Source: Psammoneis japonica
Lineage: Eukaryota
Reading direction: 5' to 3'
DNA: 64,000 nucleotides
NCBI GenBank assembly: GCA_008632985.1
Contig: QPGO01000007.1
Location: 1-64,000 of the forward strand
Positions 1 to 10,590 of this stretch are shown here, one piece after another (the stretch's first letter is position 1; each line of letters starts with the position of its first letter). Made by a program: the position numbers and the translations under genes. The notes below the pieces were generated by a model, which saw nothing but the letters and a program-made list of their open reading frames with translations, was not told the origin of the DNA and ran no database searches.

Positions 1-717
1 ACATTTCCGAACGTTTCAGTTGTTCCCGATCCGACCCGGATTGGATGTAATGGCAGTCTTTGAAGTGCCGCGATGAATGGGCTTTTTGCCCTTGAGGCTC
101 GCATCAGCGTCTTTTTTCCCATTTTGTTTGTTTGTTTTCGAGTGTGTGATGTGTGCTAGAGCAGAGCAACAGCAGTGATGCAACTGGGTTTCCTTTGATG
201 CATGGGGATGGCTGTGATGAATGGACGAGTGCGGCGGTGTTCTTTTTGATTGGGTGACGATCTATCAAAAGATACACTCGCCCAAGATTCCTTTTTCTTC
301 AGTTTTCAACGTAGTCTCTTGTACTAAGTTAACTGTAAAAAGGAATCAGAATCAATCCGTTCGCAAAACGCCACTGACGCACGAGAATGATGAGGATTTA
401 TGTTCTTCTTCCGTTTTCTCCTCCGGCATTTGGCATCTTTGGATCTTGTGTGGCATGACCGCATCGCCATTACCCTTGTGCAAGTGCCATTATCCATTTA
501 CAATATAACATTCCCATCCTTGATACTATACTGTCTCTTCTCGTCAGGTACACCAACACATTTGCTCCGTTCCATTCGAGCAGTTTCATCGCAGAGAGGC
601 AACGCAGCCAACGAATGTGACGGACGACTTACTCATCCTTGCGCAAAATATTCGAGTGAAACGAAAAAGATACTGGCGCTGCAGGAGTGCTTGGAAACAA
701 GTCTCGTTTTCAAAATC

Positions 718-3700
718 ATGGGACAGTCTTCGTCAAGTTCCAGCAGCAGCATTGACATGTCAGCGGATTGGTTCGTCGCTTTGCCAGAATTTCAGCAAGA
801 GCGCATTCGTCGCTTCCAAGAGAATGATCCAACATTCACGGTGCTTTATCTCAACGACAATTCCATTGGAGACGAGGGTGCCGTTGCCATTGGAAAAGCA
901 CTAGAAATGAATAAAACATTGACGGGGCTTGTTCTCTGGGGCAATTTCATTGGAGACAAGGGTGCCGTTGCCATTGGAAAAGCACTAGAAACGAATAAAA
1001 CATTGAATGTGCTTGTTCTTGGTAGCAATTCCATTGGTCATGAGGGTGCTGCGGCCATTGGAAAAGCACTAGAAACGAATAAAACTTTGACGAAGCTTGT
1101 TCTTGGCTTCAATTCCATTGGAGACAATGGTGTCTCGGCCATTGGAAAAGCACTAGAAATTAATTCAACATTGGCGTCGAATCTCCAAAGCCTGGACATT
1201 AGCTACAATGTCATTACAAGACTTCCACGCTCCATTGTCAAACTTGAGGGAACGTGCAAATATTTTAGTGTGGGCGGTAATCCACTGTTGGAACCCCCGT
1301 CCGAGGTTGCCAAACAGGGCCTCGAGGCGATTGCTCGTTACTTTGAAGCCGTGGACAAAGGGGAGGCAATCACATCCAGACAGCTCAAGACGGTGCTGGT
1401 GGGGGATGGGGAAGCAGGAAAGACGAGCCTGCGCAATGCCATTGCGGGCCGTTTCCCGGCGCGCACCGAGGGTGAGGAGGAACGGACCATTTATCTCAAT
1501 GTGGAACCTGTGCAGATAGACGCACCCGAAGGATACAGCAATGATCCAATTACGTTAATGGTCTATGACTGCGGCGGTCAGCAAGACTATGCTGTCGGGC
1601 AGGCACCATTCATGACAGCGTCGTCGCTCTTTTTACTTGTCGTGGCGGCGGACAAGGCACACGACGATTTCTATGAAGAAGTAGTGCATCGCTTTCTTGT
1701 GCTACTACAGGCAAGGGCACCGGGTGCCGTGGTGCAACTTGTCCTATCTAAGGTTGATATTGTGCCGGACGAGTGGGAACGAAAGCAATGGCTCAAGAAT
1801 AAAGTCCAAGGGCAGCTTCAAGCATGGCGTAATGCCGCCGCCAATCGAGAAGGAGAGGAAATTGCTCCTCATGATCATGTCATACCAGAGGACTCGACGG
1901 AAAGAAAGAAGCCGCCGCTGCTCCGGATCCTACCCACAGTCCTGGAAGTATCCGTAACGAGTGAAAGTGCCATTGCATGCGCGAGGGAAGAGGTGAGCAA
2001 TACCATCTTTAGGCACACGCAGTATTATTCGGAGCCGAGGTTATCAAGTGTCGGTACGCTAATCCCAAAGTCATGGCAGGAGCTGTGGAAATTCTTTGGC
2101 GCTGTTCTTCAGTGCGGTGCAGATGCCGATAAAGAAGAGCTTTTCTCTGCAGCAAGTTCCGATGATGCTATCCCGTTGGGCGAGATTGGGAACATGAAGA
2201 CGACTACAGACGGCGAGATTGAGATACCAGCCAAAGGACCTTATTGTTCAGTTGAGAGGCTCAAGTCATTATGGAATACATTCCGTTTCTTGCACGCCCC
2301 CTTGGCTGAGGACACTACGTTCAATGATGCACTAGGACTTCTTGAAGCCCAGGGCAGTATTTTTGTTGATGCTGGGTTGGCGTATTTGGAACCGTCTTTT
2401 GTAACCGACTTGATCAAACCTCTCATAGACCACACGTTGACGCTGGAAAAAATAAAATCACCGGCTTTCCAAAAAAGTATTGGAATATTTGTAAAAGGAG
2501 TTATGAGACCGCCAGCTGGACTGCGGAATCTCATAGTTGGGGGACTCAAGAAGCTGACAGAAAAGGGAGAGTTGGATCCCGTGATTCTTCCCTTCTTGTG
2601 GCATGACCTAGTAAATGATCACCAGGATTTCCCAATGATCCTCCAGATGCTTCTGGATTCGGACGTAATTTTTGGATCTTCGCTTGATGACAGTTTGCGT
2701 GGTCTCAAGCCCGTGGTTCTCTTTCGACAACGAAAAGAAGTACAAGCGGAAGAGTTGCAAAAGGCGTGGCCAAATTTGTCTGATGACCAACAGCAACAAG
2801 AGCTGCGCCTGAAGATGTGGGAAGGATGCCCCCCAAGTCTCGCTGCACATTTTGCCGCCGCGACCCATGCACATGGGAAATGTATCTGTGCATGGCTTTA
2901 TGGCGCGATTGTCCTCGACGAGAACACCAACCGTCGCGTGCGGTTGGAGCTTGTTGAGATGGAAGGAGAAGTATGGTTAGTGTTCACAGCTCGTGGTGCT
3001 CGAGTTGATAAGGACATGTGGAGTTTGTTACAAGGTGCGGTCGAATTCGTTATCGCGGAAAGAAACGATCATTTTCCAGGTTTGGATTTCGACTGTGTAC
3101 TCGCCTGTGCACGCTGCATTGAGCTCGGTAGAGCCGTCGATGAGTGCCACGAATTCGACTGGTCTGAAGTAGCTGCGCCGAGGACAATTGATTCTCTTGT
3201 GTGTGATGTATGCAAAGAAGTTGTTAAAGTCGGAAGGGTGTTCCATACTGGAGATGGAACTTTCCATGACAGCAAGAAAGCTCGGAAGAATGAGTTGCTC
3301 GACAAAATGATGGAGCGCCTCAATCACCTTTATATGGCAAAAGATATACCTGATGATGCCAAGCCGAATGAAGCCAAACATGAATCTAATTCCAGTTTAC
3401 AATCTCCTCTCGACGGAACGGTCTACACAGCTCGTACGGTTGCCCCCCAGATTACAGCCGGTGGATGCAACGTCTCTAGCTTGTATTCGCGAGCGCGATT
3501 GGATGGTAATGAGACACATGTGGGAGAGTTGTCAATGAAAGGTATTTCGGATCCTAGCAGTGTTTGGCAGGTCAACCTTGGTGGCGATCCGTATGTGTTT
3601 TTGTCGCATAGAGGTATCGATACCAAAGAGACTATTGCGCGTCCTACGCATTGGTTCCTATCAGAAATATTGGGTCTAACCGCTTTCTTTGATGATGATA

Positions 3701-4200
3701 GCATGGAAACTGGTAGTGACAAGATGCGTTCTCTAATGGAACCTGCGCACAGTTCTTCGCATGCTTTGGTTTTGCTGTCACCTGGGTTTCGAGAGAGTGA
3801 TTACTGTGTCATGGAGCTTAATACCTTCATGATGCGTCGGAGCAAGAGAAACTTAATTTTGCTCCCATATCTTTGGAAACTACAAAAAGTCGATAATGAG
3901 TTCGCATCAGCTGTAAAGGAGATCAATTGGTGCAAGTCTCGGACGGAGGACCCGGCATATTATTTGGTTGAGATCCTGTGGCCTGACCTAATTGAGAGCC
4001 TGAAAGCTGGACGACAAGACCGATCAGATTGGGATGCGCTGTCATTGAAAGACAAGCTTGTTCAGTACGTCGAAGAGCACCGGGGGAAGCAAGGCATTCC
4101 AGATATCCCGTCGAGTCTGGAACGCTTTGCTCGAGTTCACAAAAGGTGGGGAGTATTCAGTGCTCAGGGGTGCCTTACCTGTTTTCGGCATTGCAGCTGA
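718..4200 (+). CDS. ROCO-family protein: RNI-type LRRs + ROC GTPase + COR + Cys-rich segment + C-terminal TIR domain
   Basis: About four 28-aa LRRs (LxLxxNsIGDeGAvAIGKALExNKTL). ROC motifs G1 GDGEAGKT, G3 YDCGGQ, G4 SKVD. COR-like region (IPKSW...YLEPSFVTDLIKPLI). CxxC...CxxC. TIR starting YVFLSHRG...AFFD...LLSPGFRESDYCVMEL. The ORF opens at 400, but ATG 718 (MGQSSSS, possible myristoylation site) is the likelier start. Confidence 0.9.
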   Translation: MGQSSSSSSSSIDMSADWFVALPEFQQERIRRFQENDPTFTVLYLNDNSIGDEGAVAIGKALEMNKTLTGLVLWGNFIGDKGAVAIGKALETNKTLNVLVLGSNSIGHEGAAAIGKALETNKTLTKLVLGFNSIGDNGVSAIGKALEINSTLASNLQSLDISYNVITRLPRSIVKLEGTCKYFSVGGNPLLEPPSEVAKQGLEAIARYFEAVDKGEAITSRQLKTVLVGDGEAGKTSLRNAIAGRFPARTEGEEERTIYLNVEPVQIDAPEGYSNDPITLMVYDCGGQQDYAVGQAPFMTASSLFLLVVAADKAHDDFYEEVVHRFLVLLQARAPGAVVQLVLSKVDIVPDEWERKQWLKNKVQGQLQAWRNAAANREGEEIAPHDHVIPEDSTERKKPPLLRILPTVLEVSVTSESAIACAREEVSNTIFRHTQYYSEPRLSSVGTLIPKSWQELWKFFGAVLQCGADADKEELFSAASSDDAIPLGEIGNMKTTTDGEIEIPAKGPYCSVERLKSLWNTFRFLHAPLAEDTTFNDALGLLEAQGSIFVDAGLAYLEPSFVTDLIKPLIDHTLTLEKIKSPAFQKSIGIFVKGVMRPPAGLRNLIVGGLKKLTEKGELDPVILPFLWHDLVNDHQDFPMILQMLLDSDVIFGSSLDDSLRGLKPVVLFRQRKEVQAEELQKAWPNLSDDQQQQELRLKMWEGCPPSLAAHFAAATHAHGKCICAWLYGAIVLDENTNRRVRLELVEMEGEVWLVFTARGARVDKDMWSLLQGAVEFVIAERNDHFPGLDFDCVLACARCIELGRAVDECHEFDWSEVAAPRTIDSLVCDVCKEVVKVGRVFHTGDGTFHDSKKARKNELLDKMMERLNHLYMAKDIPDDAKPNEAKHESNSSLQSPLDGTVYTARTVAPQITAGGCNVSSLYSRARLDGNETHVGELSMKGISDPSSVWQVNLGGDPYVFLSHRGIDTKETIARPTHWFLSEILGLTAFFDDDSMETGSDKMRSLMEPAHSSSHALVLLSPGFRESDYCVMELNTFMMRRSKRNLILLPYLWKLQKVDNEFASAVKEINWCKSRTEDPAYYLVEILWPDLIESLKAGRQDRSDWDALSLKDKLVQYVEEHRGKQGIPDIPSSLERFARVHKRWGVFSAQGCLTCFRHCS

Positions 4201-4304
4201 AGCGGAGCAACACTAGATGCGTAGCGCGCTAGTAGAACATTTGATGGACGCCTGCTCCTCTCTCCCTAGAGCTAGCTTTTGAGCTTTACTGAACGGGCAT
4301 CAAG

Positions 4305-4767
4305 ACCTTCATGGATGATGGAAGCTTGAAAACTGGGGAAGACCAGATGCGTTCTCTACTCGCATACGTGTACCCATGCCGTGATTATATTGTCACCCAA
4401 CTTTCGAGAGAGTCGCTACTGTGTCATGGAGCTCAACCCTTTTATGATGCGACGGGAACAGAAAAACTTGACGGTATTCCCGTATCTTTGGAAGCTCGAC
4501 AAAGTCGACGACTTTGCTCCAGCTCTAAAGAAAATGATCTACTTTCCGGCTCGGATAGATGATCCCGCAAGGTATCTAGTCGGAAGATTGTGGCCAGACC
4601 TCATTGAACGTCTCAAGTGTGATCGAGACAAGCCAGAATGGGATGAATTATCATTGAAAGATGAGCTGGTGCGATACGTCGAGGAGCATCGCCTGGACGA
4701 AACAACTCCTCCCATTCCCCCAAGTTTGGAAGTATATGCTCATGCTCAAAATATTGGGTCTAGCTGA
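4305..4767 (+). pseudogene. Duplicated, frameshifted copy of the TIR C-terminus of the upstream ROCO gene
   Basis: MDDGSLKTGEDQMRSL in one frame, then IILSPNFRESRYCVMELNPFMMRR...SLKDELVRYVEEHR in another. Both align to the ROCO TIR tail. Confidence 0.85.
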
Positions 4768-4814
4768 ATCTCTAGTTAGTGATAAGGATAGCACCAGAGC
4801 TAGTGAAAATGAAA

Positions 4815-5185
4815 GTTACACATAGCTCTTCGAATGCCTTGGTTTTGCCGTCCTCTTGTTTTCGAGAGTGTGATTGCGGTGTTGTGGAGCTGAATACCTT
4901 CATGATGCGTCGGTGCCAGGAAATTTGCTGTGCTGCCACATCTTTGGAAAATACTAAAAGTCAGTAATAAATTCGCACCACAGCTGTGAACGAGATCGAT
5001 TGGTGCAAGTCTCAGACGGAGAACCCGGCATGTTATTTGGTGGAGATACTTTGGCCAGACCGATCAGATTGGGATGCACTGTACTGAAGGACAAGCTAAT
5101 CCAGGACAGTACGTCGAAGAGAACCGGGGGTGAAAGAGATTCCAGGTACTGACTCGAGCTTGCAAAGCTTTCGTAGAGTTCACAT
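4815..5185 (+). pseudogene. Second, more decayed copy of the ROCO TIR C-terminus
   Basis: HSSSNALVLPSSCFRECDCGVVELNTFMMRR; the DNA matches 3750-4140 (e.g. tggtgcaagtctc, gaccgatcagattgggatgc) with indels and stops. Confidence 0.85.
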
Positions 5186-5806
5186 TGTGTGGCCCAACCT
5201 GTTACGCCGGCGCTGCAGTGCGGATGCGTAGCAACGCTAAAGTAATCGATCGACCGATCGACACCTGGTTCTCTCTCTCTCTCTCTAGAGCTAGCTTTTG
5301 AGCTTTACTCAACACTAGATGGTGAAGAGAGAAGGGCCTAACGAAAGCATCTTCAACATTTCTAATTTCAACATAGAGGCAGTATCTAAAGAATCTTTCT
5401 TCTCGGCACAGCGTTCGGGACGGCTGCCTTTTTTTAGTAGCTTTCAGAATAATACTTTTAAAAATCGCTCTTGTATTCGAGCCAACGGAACTTTGAACTA
5501 GCATTTCCGCAGTTCCTTGCAACGCCGGAGCTATGTAGAGAAAGTCGCTTAGCTCAGAACTATTGCCGTGGGTACACTTTGAAGAACCGACGAACTCGCA
5601 AACACCACGAACTGTTTACATTCAGCGTAAATTGAAAAGAAGAGAACGATTCCATAATTCTCTGCTAGTTTGGTCCTTGCTACTTTATTGTAATCTGGCC
5701 ATACCTTAATGTCATTGTCCTTGCGCAACTGACTATCAAGCATACCTAACTTTCTGCATCAGGACAGATGATTACTCCCAACCTGCTCCTCCCACAAGTC
5801 CTCACC

Positions 5807-6258
5807 TTAGGACGTGAAGTACTCAGCAAAACGAGGATCGCGCTGGAGGCCGATCATTTTGTTGTAGGAATCCAAGTCCATCTCACTCCCAAGGTCTCTG
5901 GTAACAAAAAGCTACGCGAAAAAACCAATACAAATACAGTGAGCTGTGAGATGAAGTGTGTGTTACCACACACGTCCCATCTCTTTCTCTCATTTTCATT
6001 CATTACTCACAGATATAGAATTCTCAGTTTGAGCGGCACCAATCAACTCCACCTTGGCTCCGGCTGGCATGTTAAAGTCGGCTGCGGCATCGGGAATGGC
6101 AAGAGCCATACCGCCGTCGGAGCATCGTAAATGAACCGTGTTTCCGTCAAAGGATTCGACTGTCCCGACAAGACTCACAATGCTTCAGCATACTGTCCTG
6201 ACGCCAAGTCAGATGCATTGATGCGGGGATAAGCTCCGTCTTCTTGTGAACTAGCCAT
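5807..6258 (-). CDS. RPA3: Replication protein A small subunit (RPA14/RPA3); two exons, with an apparent 1-nt frameshift near 6180
   Basis: MASSQEDGAYPRINASDL...(shift)IVSLVGTVESFDG...GAKVELIG; intron 6010-5912 (GTGAGT...TAG); exon 2 LFVTRDLGSEMDLDSYNKMI...YFTS*. Confidence 0.8.
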
Positions 6259-6683
6259 GGTGGATGGAGTGCGAACGTTAGCGTCAAGAAAAAGTGCAAC
6301 AGCGCAAGCATCGATCCGCCGATCGACACGAGACACGAGACACGAGACGGCGAAAGGCAACAGTGCGAAGCGCGCCAAAAATGGATCTGCACGCACGCGA
6401 AAACACGCGTCTACGTGGAAAGCCAGTGCAAGACACACGTAGAAGTCTTCTTAATGGCTATGGCGTATCGGCATTCGTGCTACATGGAAGTTTTTTGCTC
6501 GTTGCGTTGTAATCGAAATCGTGTTGCGTGCTATTGCGGCGATGTCGTCGTTGTTGATGTTGATGTTGTAATCAATACTTAGGGAGCAACGTCCACACGT
6601 TCTGGAAGAGTCAAGGAGGGAGGAAGTGATGATGTGGAGGAACCGCTAGTAAAGATCCTAAGAAAGCGTCATTTCAATTCACA

Positions 6684-7526
6684 ATGACAAGGACACGAAC
6701 GCGTCGATTTCTCGGACTGCTTCTCCTCTTTCTCGGTTGGTTTTGCTGTCTCATGGCGGATGCACTCACCGCCACAACGGTACCCCGTGACGTTGAGTTT
6801 CAACCCGCTCGAGTAAAGCTGGATGAAGTGTCCCTCTCGTACCCTCCGACTCTTTTTCGCACCCTCTTTTCGTCGGTACCCAAGCGAGAGTTTGCCGTCT
6901 ACAACGTTTCACTCTGTATTCAAGCCGAAATGATACTCCTGCTCGGAGCTTCGTCGAGTGGTAAATCCGCCCTGATGAAACTCGTGGCGGGAATCGAGAC
7001 ACCCGTATCAGGTCAAGTTTGTATTCAAGGAGGAAGACCCGTCTATTTAAATCAAAAACCTACGAGTGATTCGCGACGATCACTAGACGAAATTTTGAAA
7101 CAAATCGTCAAAGAACATTGCGGCGAGACAACTAATATGGATTCAAGTAGTTGTGTTTTTGGCGCAATCTGTGACATGGTACTAGAGGATACCGACATGT
7201 CCCGAACGCCCCTAGAGCTTTCGCCATCCGAACGGTATCGATTTGGATTAGCTTGTGCTAGTCTCCATAGTATCTTGCCAGCTCTTGACAATAGCTCGGA
7301 CAATGGCAGGATGATTCCTGCTCCGGTATTGCTCTTGGACGAATGGATGGATTTTGAAGCTTCGTCAATTGTGAAACGCGTTGAAGAAAAGGCCCTGTCG
7401 AGGCTAATTCAATGTGGTGCAGTCATTTGCTGTGCAACTCACAAGCCTCACATGTTTGCAAAGTCGTGCCGCACCGTCACTATGTGTCGGGGTGAAATCC
7501 TATCGGAAGAGGCTGCGGCATTGTAG
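6684..7526 (+). CDS. ABC-type ATP-binding protein (divergent), with an N-terminal signal-like peptide
   Basis: Walker A GASSSGKS, degenerate signature LSPSE, Walker B LLLDE, H-loop ATH. Confidence 0.8.
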   Translation: MTRTRTRRFLGLLLLFLGWFCCLMADALTATTVPRDVEFQPARVKLDEVSLSYPPTLFRTLFSSVPKREFAVYNVSLCIQAEMILLLGASSSGKSALMKLVAGIETPVSGQVCIQGGRPVYLNQKPTSDSRRSLDEILKQIVKEHCGETTNMDSSSCVFGAICDMVLEDTDMSRTPLELSPSERYRFGLACASLHSILPALDNSSDNGRMIPAPVLLLDEWMDFEASSIVKRVEEKALSRLIQCGAVICCATHKPHMFAKSCRTVTMCRGEILSEEAAAL

Positions 7527-7580
7527 TTGTATTACAAGAAGTTATTCTAAGATTTTTTACACTTTAGCGAGACAAGGCAT

Positions 7581-7758
7581 TTGCAGTAGGTCACATTCTT
7601 CAGTTGAGAAAACTCGTCCTGGGCGGGTCGATGTTAGGATATAGTTACAGAAAACGGACCGTGGTAGGAATGCAGTAGGTCACATTCTTCAGTTGAGAAA
7701 ACTCGTCCCGGGCGGGTCGATGTTAGGATGTAGTTACAGAAGACGGACCGTGGTAGGG
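7581..7758. repeat. Two tandem copies of a ~90-bp unit
   Basis: tgcagtaggtcacattcttcagttgagaaaactcgtcc...acggaccgtggtagg occurs at ~7581 and ~7671. Confidence 0.9.
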
Positions 7759-8581
7759 TCAGTCCTACCGGTAGCTAGACGAAGCAAGATGGGAGGAGTC
7801 TCTCGACCCCACACAGCTAGTGATCCCACCCCAAGCCGTTTGACGTCACAGCTGAGTCGCTGATGCGTATGCATCAACGGCAATACTAAACAGTCGTTTG
7901 AGAGAAACGACTTCGTTGAAAATGAAACATTTTGTGATCGTTGAGCATCAAGAGCTGCGTTTAGGCGCCAAACTGAGTTGAGTCGTAGTGAGGGCTTCAT
8001 TCTCGACTCAGCATTATGACTCGCATTTCGACGAGTCGGGATAAAATGGCGCGTAAAATGGAAAATGGCCTTTGCACAAGACTGATGAGACAAAAAGATC
8101 ATACATTACACGAATATTTTCAATAAGGTATTTGCCAAGATCGGATCACGATTTTGGGACCCGTTCAAGAATTGAAAGGCTAATGAACATATCAGGAGTC
8201 GTATTAGTTGATGACTTTGCATAAAGAGGTGAACCGACCGTTACTAGCATTCTCTTCATCCAGAGTCGTATCTCTCAATCTCTGTTTCGAATCATGCCAA
8301 AATTCCAAAATTTGTCGACGAGGCCATACTGACAAATATGACTTCCTACCGTTGCGTAGCCAATACACGGTTCAATACCAAAAGAAAGCACAATAAAGCT
8401 CATATTGTAAGATTGATCTCGGTATTCAGTCTGTAAATTCTACGAGTGACTATCAAAAAATAGTAGTTTTTCTACGTGTCTCAACTCACCAAATCACAAA
8501 ATCGCAGTTCTTACAAAATACTGATCAGCTCACAAGTCTTGTGGCAAGGAGATTTCCACAGGATATATATAAAAGAGCACG

Positions 8582-9882
8582 ATGAGAGTATTGTCATCGT
8601 TTGTCGTCCTTGCCACTCTCGCTGGAGGCGCCGTCGCGCACAATGAAAAAGCACAGAATGCGGTCGAAAAGCTGGACCGCCGTGACGAGGAAGTGATCGA
8701 AGTGCGGAGGTTGAGCTCCAAGAGCAGTAGTGCTAGTGGAGGAGGAGGAAGCAAGAGTGCTACCGGAGGAGGAAGCAAGACCGGCGGCGGCACTGGAGGA
8801 AGCAAGAGTAAGACCGGCGGTGGCACTGGAGGAAGCAAGAGTAAGACCGGCGGTGGCACTGGAGGAAGCAAGACAGGTGGCGGCACAGGAGGAGCAAGAC
8901 AGGCGGCGGCACTGGAGGAAGCAAGAGCAAAACCGGCGGTGGCACACGGGGAAGCAAGACCGGCGGCGGCACAGGAGGAAGCAAGAGCAAAACCGGCGGT
9001 GGCACAGGGGGCAGCAAGACCGGCGGCGGCACTGGAGGAAGCAAGAGCAAGACCGGTGGCGGCACCGGAGGAAGCAAAACAGGCGGCGGCACTGGAGGAA
9101 GCAAGAGCAAATCCGCCACTGGTCCTAAAGGTGTCAAATCAAGCTCAAGCGGACCAAGCGGAAAGCCCCATGAGAAGAGTGCGACCAAGTTGAAAAAGAG
9201 TAGTCCCAGCGCTGCATCTGCCCACAGTCCGGTTTCTAAATCTGTCGACAGTCTGAGCTCTGCAACTGCACACAGTCCGGTTTCTAAATCTGCCGACAGT
9301 CTGAGCTCTGCAACTGCACACAGTCCGGTTTCTAAATCTGCCGACAGTCTGAGCTCTGCAACTGCACACAGCCCAAGCTCTGCAACTGCGCACAGCCCGA
9401 GCTCAGCCGACATGCCGGGCTCTGGAGGAGGTGAACATCCCGGGGCTCCGAGGGGCAGCAAGGGAGGAAGCAAGAGCAAGGGAGGAAGTAAGACCGGCGG
9501 TGGCGGCACAGGAGGAAGCAAGAGCAAGACCGGCGGTGGCACAGGAGGAAGCAAGACAGGCGGCGGCACAGGAGGAAGCAAGAGCAAAACCGGCGGTGGC
9601 ACAGGGGGGAGCAAGACCGGCGGCGGCACAGGAGGAAGCAAGAGCAAAACCGGTGGTGGCACAGGAGGCAGCAAGACTGGCGGCGGCACTGGAGGAAGCA
9701 AGAGCAAGACCGGTGGCGGCACTGGAGGAAGCAAAACAGGCGGTGGCACTGGAGGAAGCAAGAGCAGAACCGGCGGCGGCACAGGAGGAAGCAAGAGTGC
9801 GACTGGCGGCGGTACAGGGGGAAGCAAGAGTGCGACCGGAGGAGGAAGCAAGAGCAAGGGAGGAAGCAAGAGCCGGAGATAA
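8582..9882 (+). CDS. Secreted Gly/Ser/Lys/Thr-repeat protein, silaffin-like candidate; one apparent frameshift at ~8893
   Basis: Signal peptide MRVLSSFVVLATLAGGAVA, acidic pro-region ending in RRL, many GGSKSKTGGGT repeats, central SSATAHSPVSKSAD repeats. A missing A (ggaggagcaag vs the usual ggaggaagcaag) splits it into ORFs 8582 and 9190. Confidence 0.75.
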
Positions 9883-10590
9883 CCATGACATGAGCGCTTC
9901 AGTACCGCAAGTTCCTTCACGAACGTTCGCTATGGAAAGAGACTGAGAGCGTATTCCGTTTTTGTTGCAGTTTCTTTTGTCACCATGGCGAGGGACGAGC
10001 GTTGATGTTGCGTTTCAACTAACTACTTCATATAAGCCGTGCTTTGGCACCAAAACAAGTGTATTAATAGCCGTCATACCCGTGCTAAGGAAATTCAACT
10101 GTGTAATTCTTGCTTCGTGGTACTTCTAGAGTAATCTCAAGGGTGGGTCAGTATTGTACTCAAACAGTGAGGAAAAGCGGCGAGCCATGTCGTGATACTC
10201 TAGTAGTAGGCCCTCTACTCTCTACTCTCTCTAGTAGAGAGGGCTCTCTCCTCCAGTAGGTCTAGCTAGAGTAGAGCTAGTAGATACCGTAAGATAAGCG
10301 TTGCGTGAAGCCATACGGTACCGGTAGGGCTCCACGCGCGAGCATCGCTCGAGCGAGCATCGACATCAGCCTCTTTGGTTTTCCTGATTTCCCAATTTCA
10401 GTGGATAATACGCCACCTGCAGATCCTTCAAGATTGTCAGGTGATTGTAAGGAAGCACAATCACCTCACAATAAAAACAAGTATTTTGCCTTTGACTTGT
10501 TGCAAGAATAGTCCATTGTAAATGATGATGAGGGATAGCAGGGTTGTAGCGTTTCGGAGGCAAAAAAAGATTGCGTGGAAGGAAACGTCA

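Noticed and set aside
400..717. N-terminal 106 aa of the 1266-aa ORF
   Set aside because: It looks like open 5' UTR/promoter sequence; ATG 718 gives a more plausible start.
8530..9946. Pro/Leu/Val-rich and EEARA-rich ORFs overlapping the GGSK gene
   Set aside because: These are antisense or alternate-frame shadows of the repeat-rich coding sequence.
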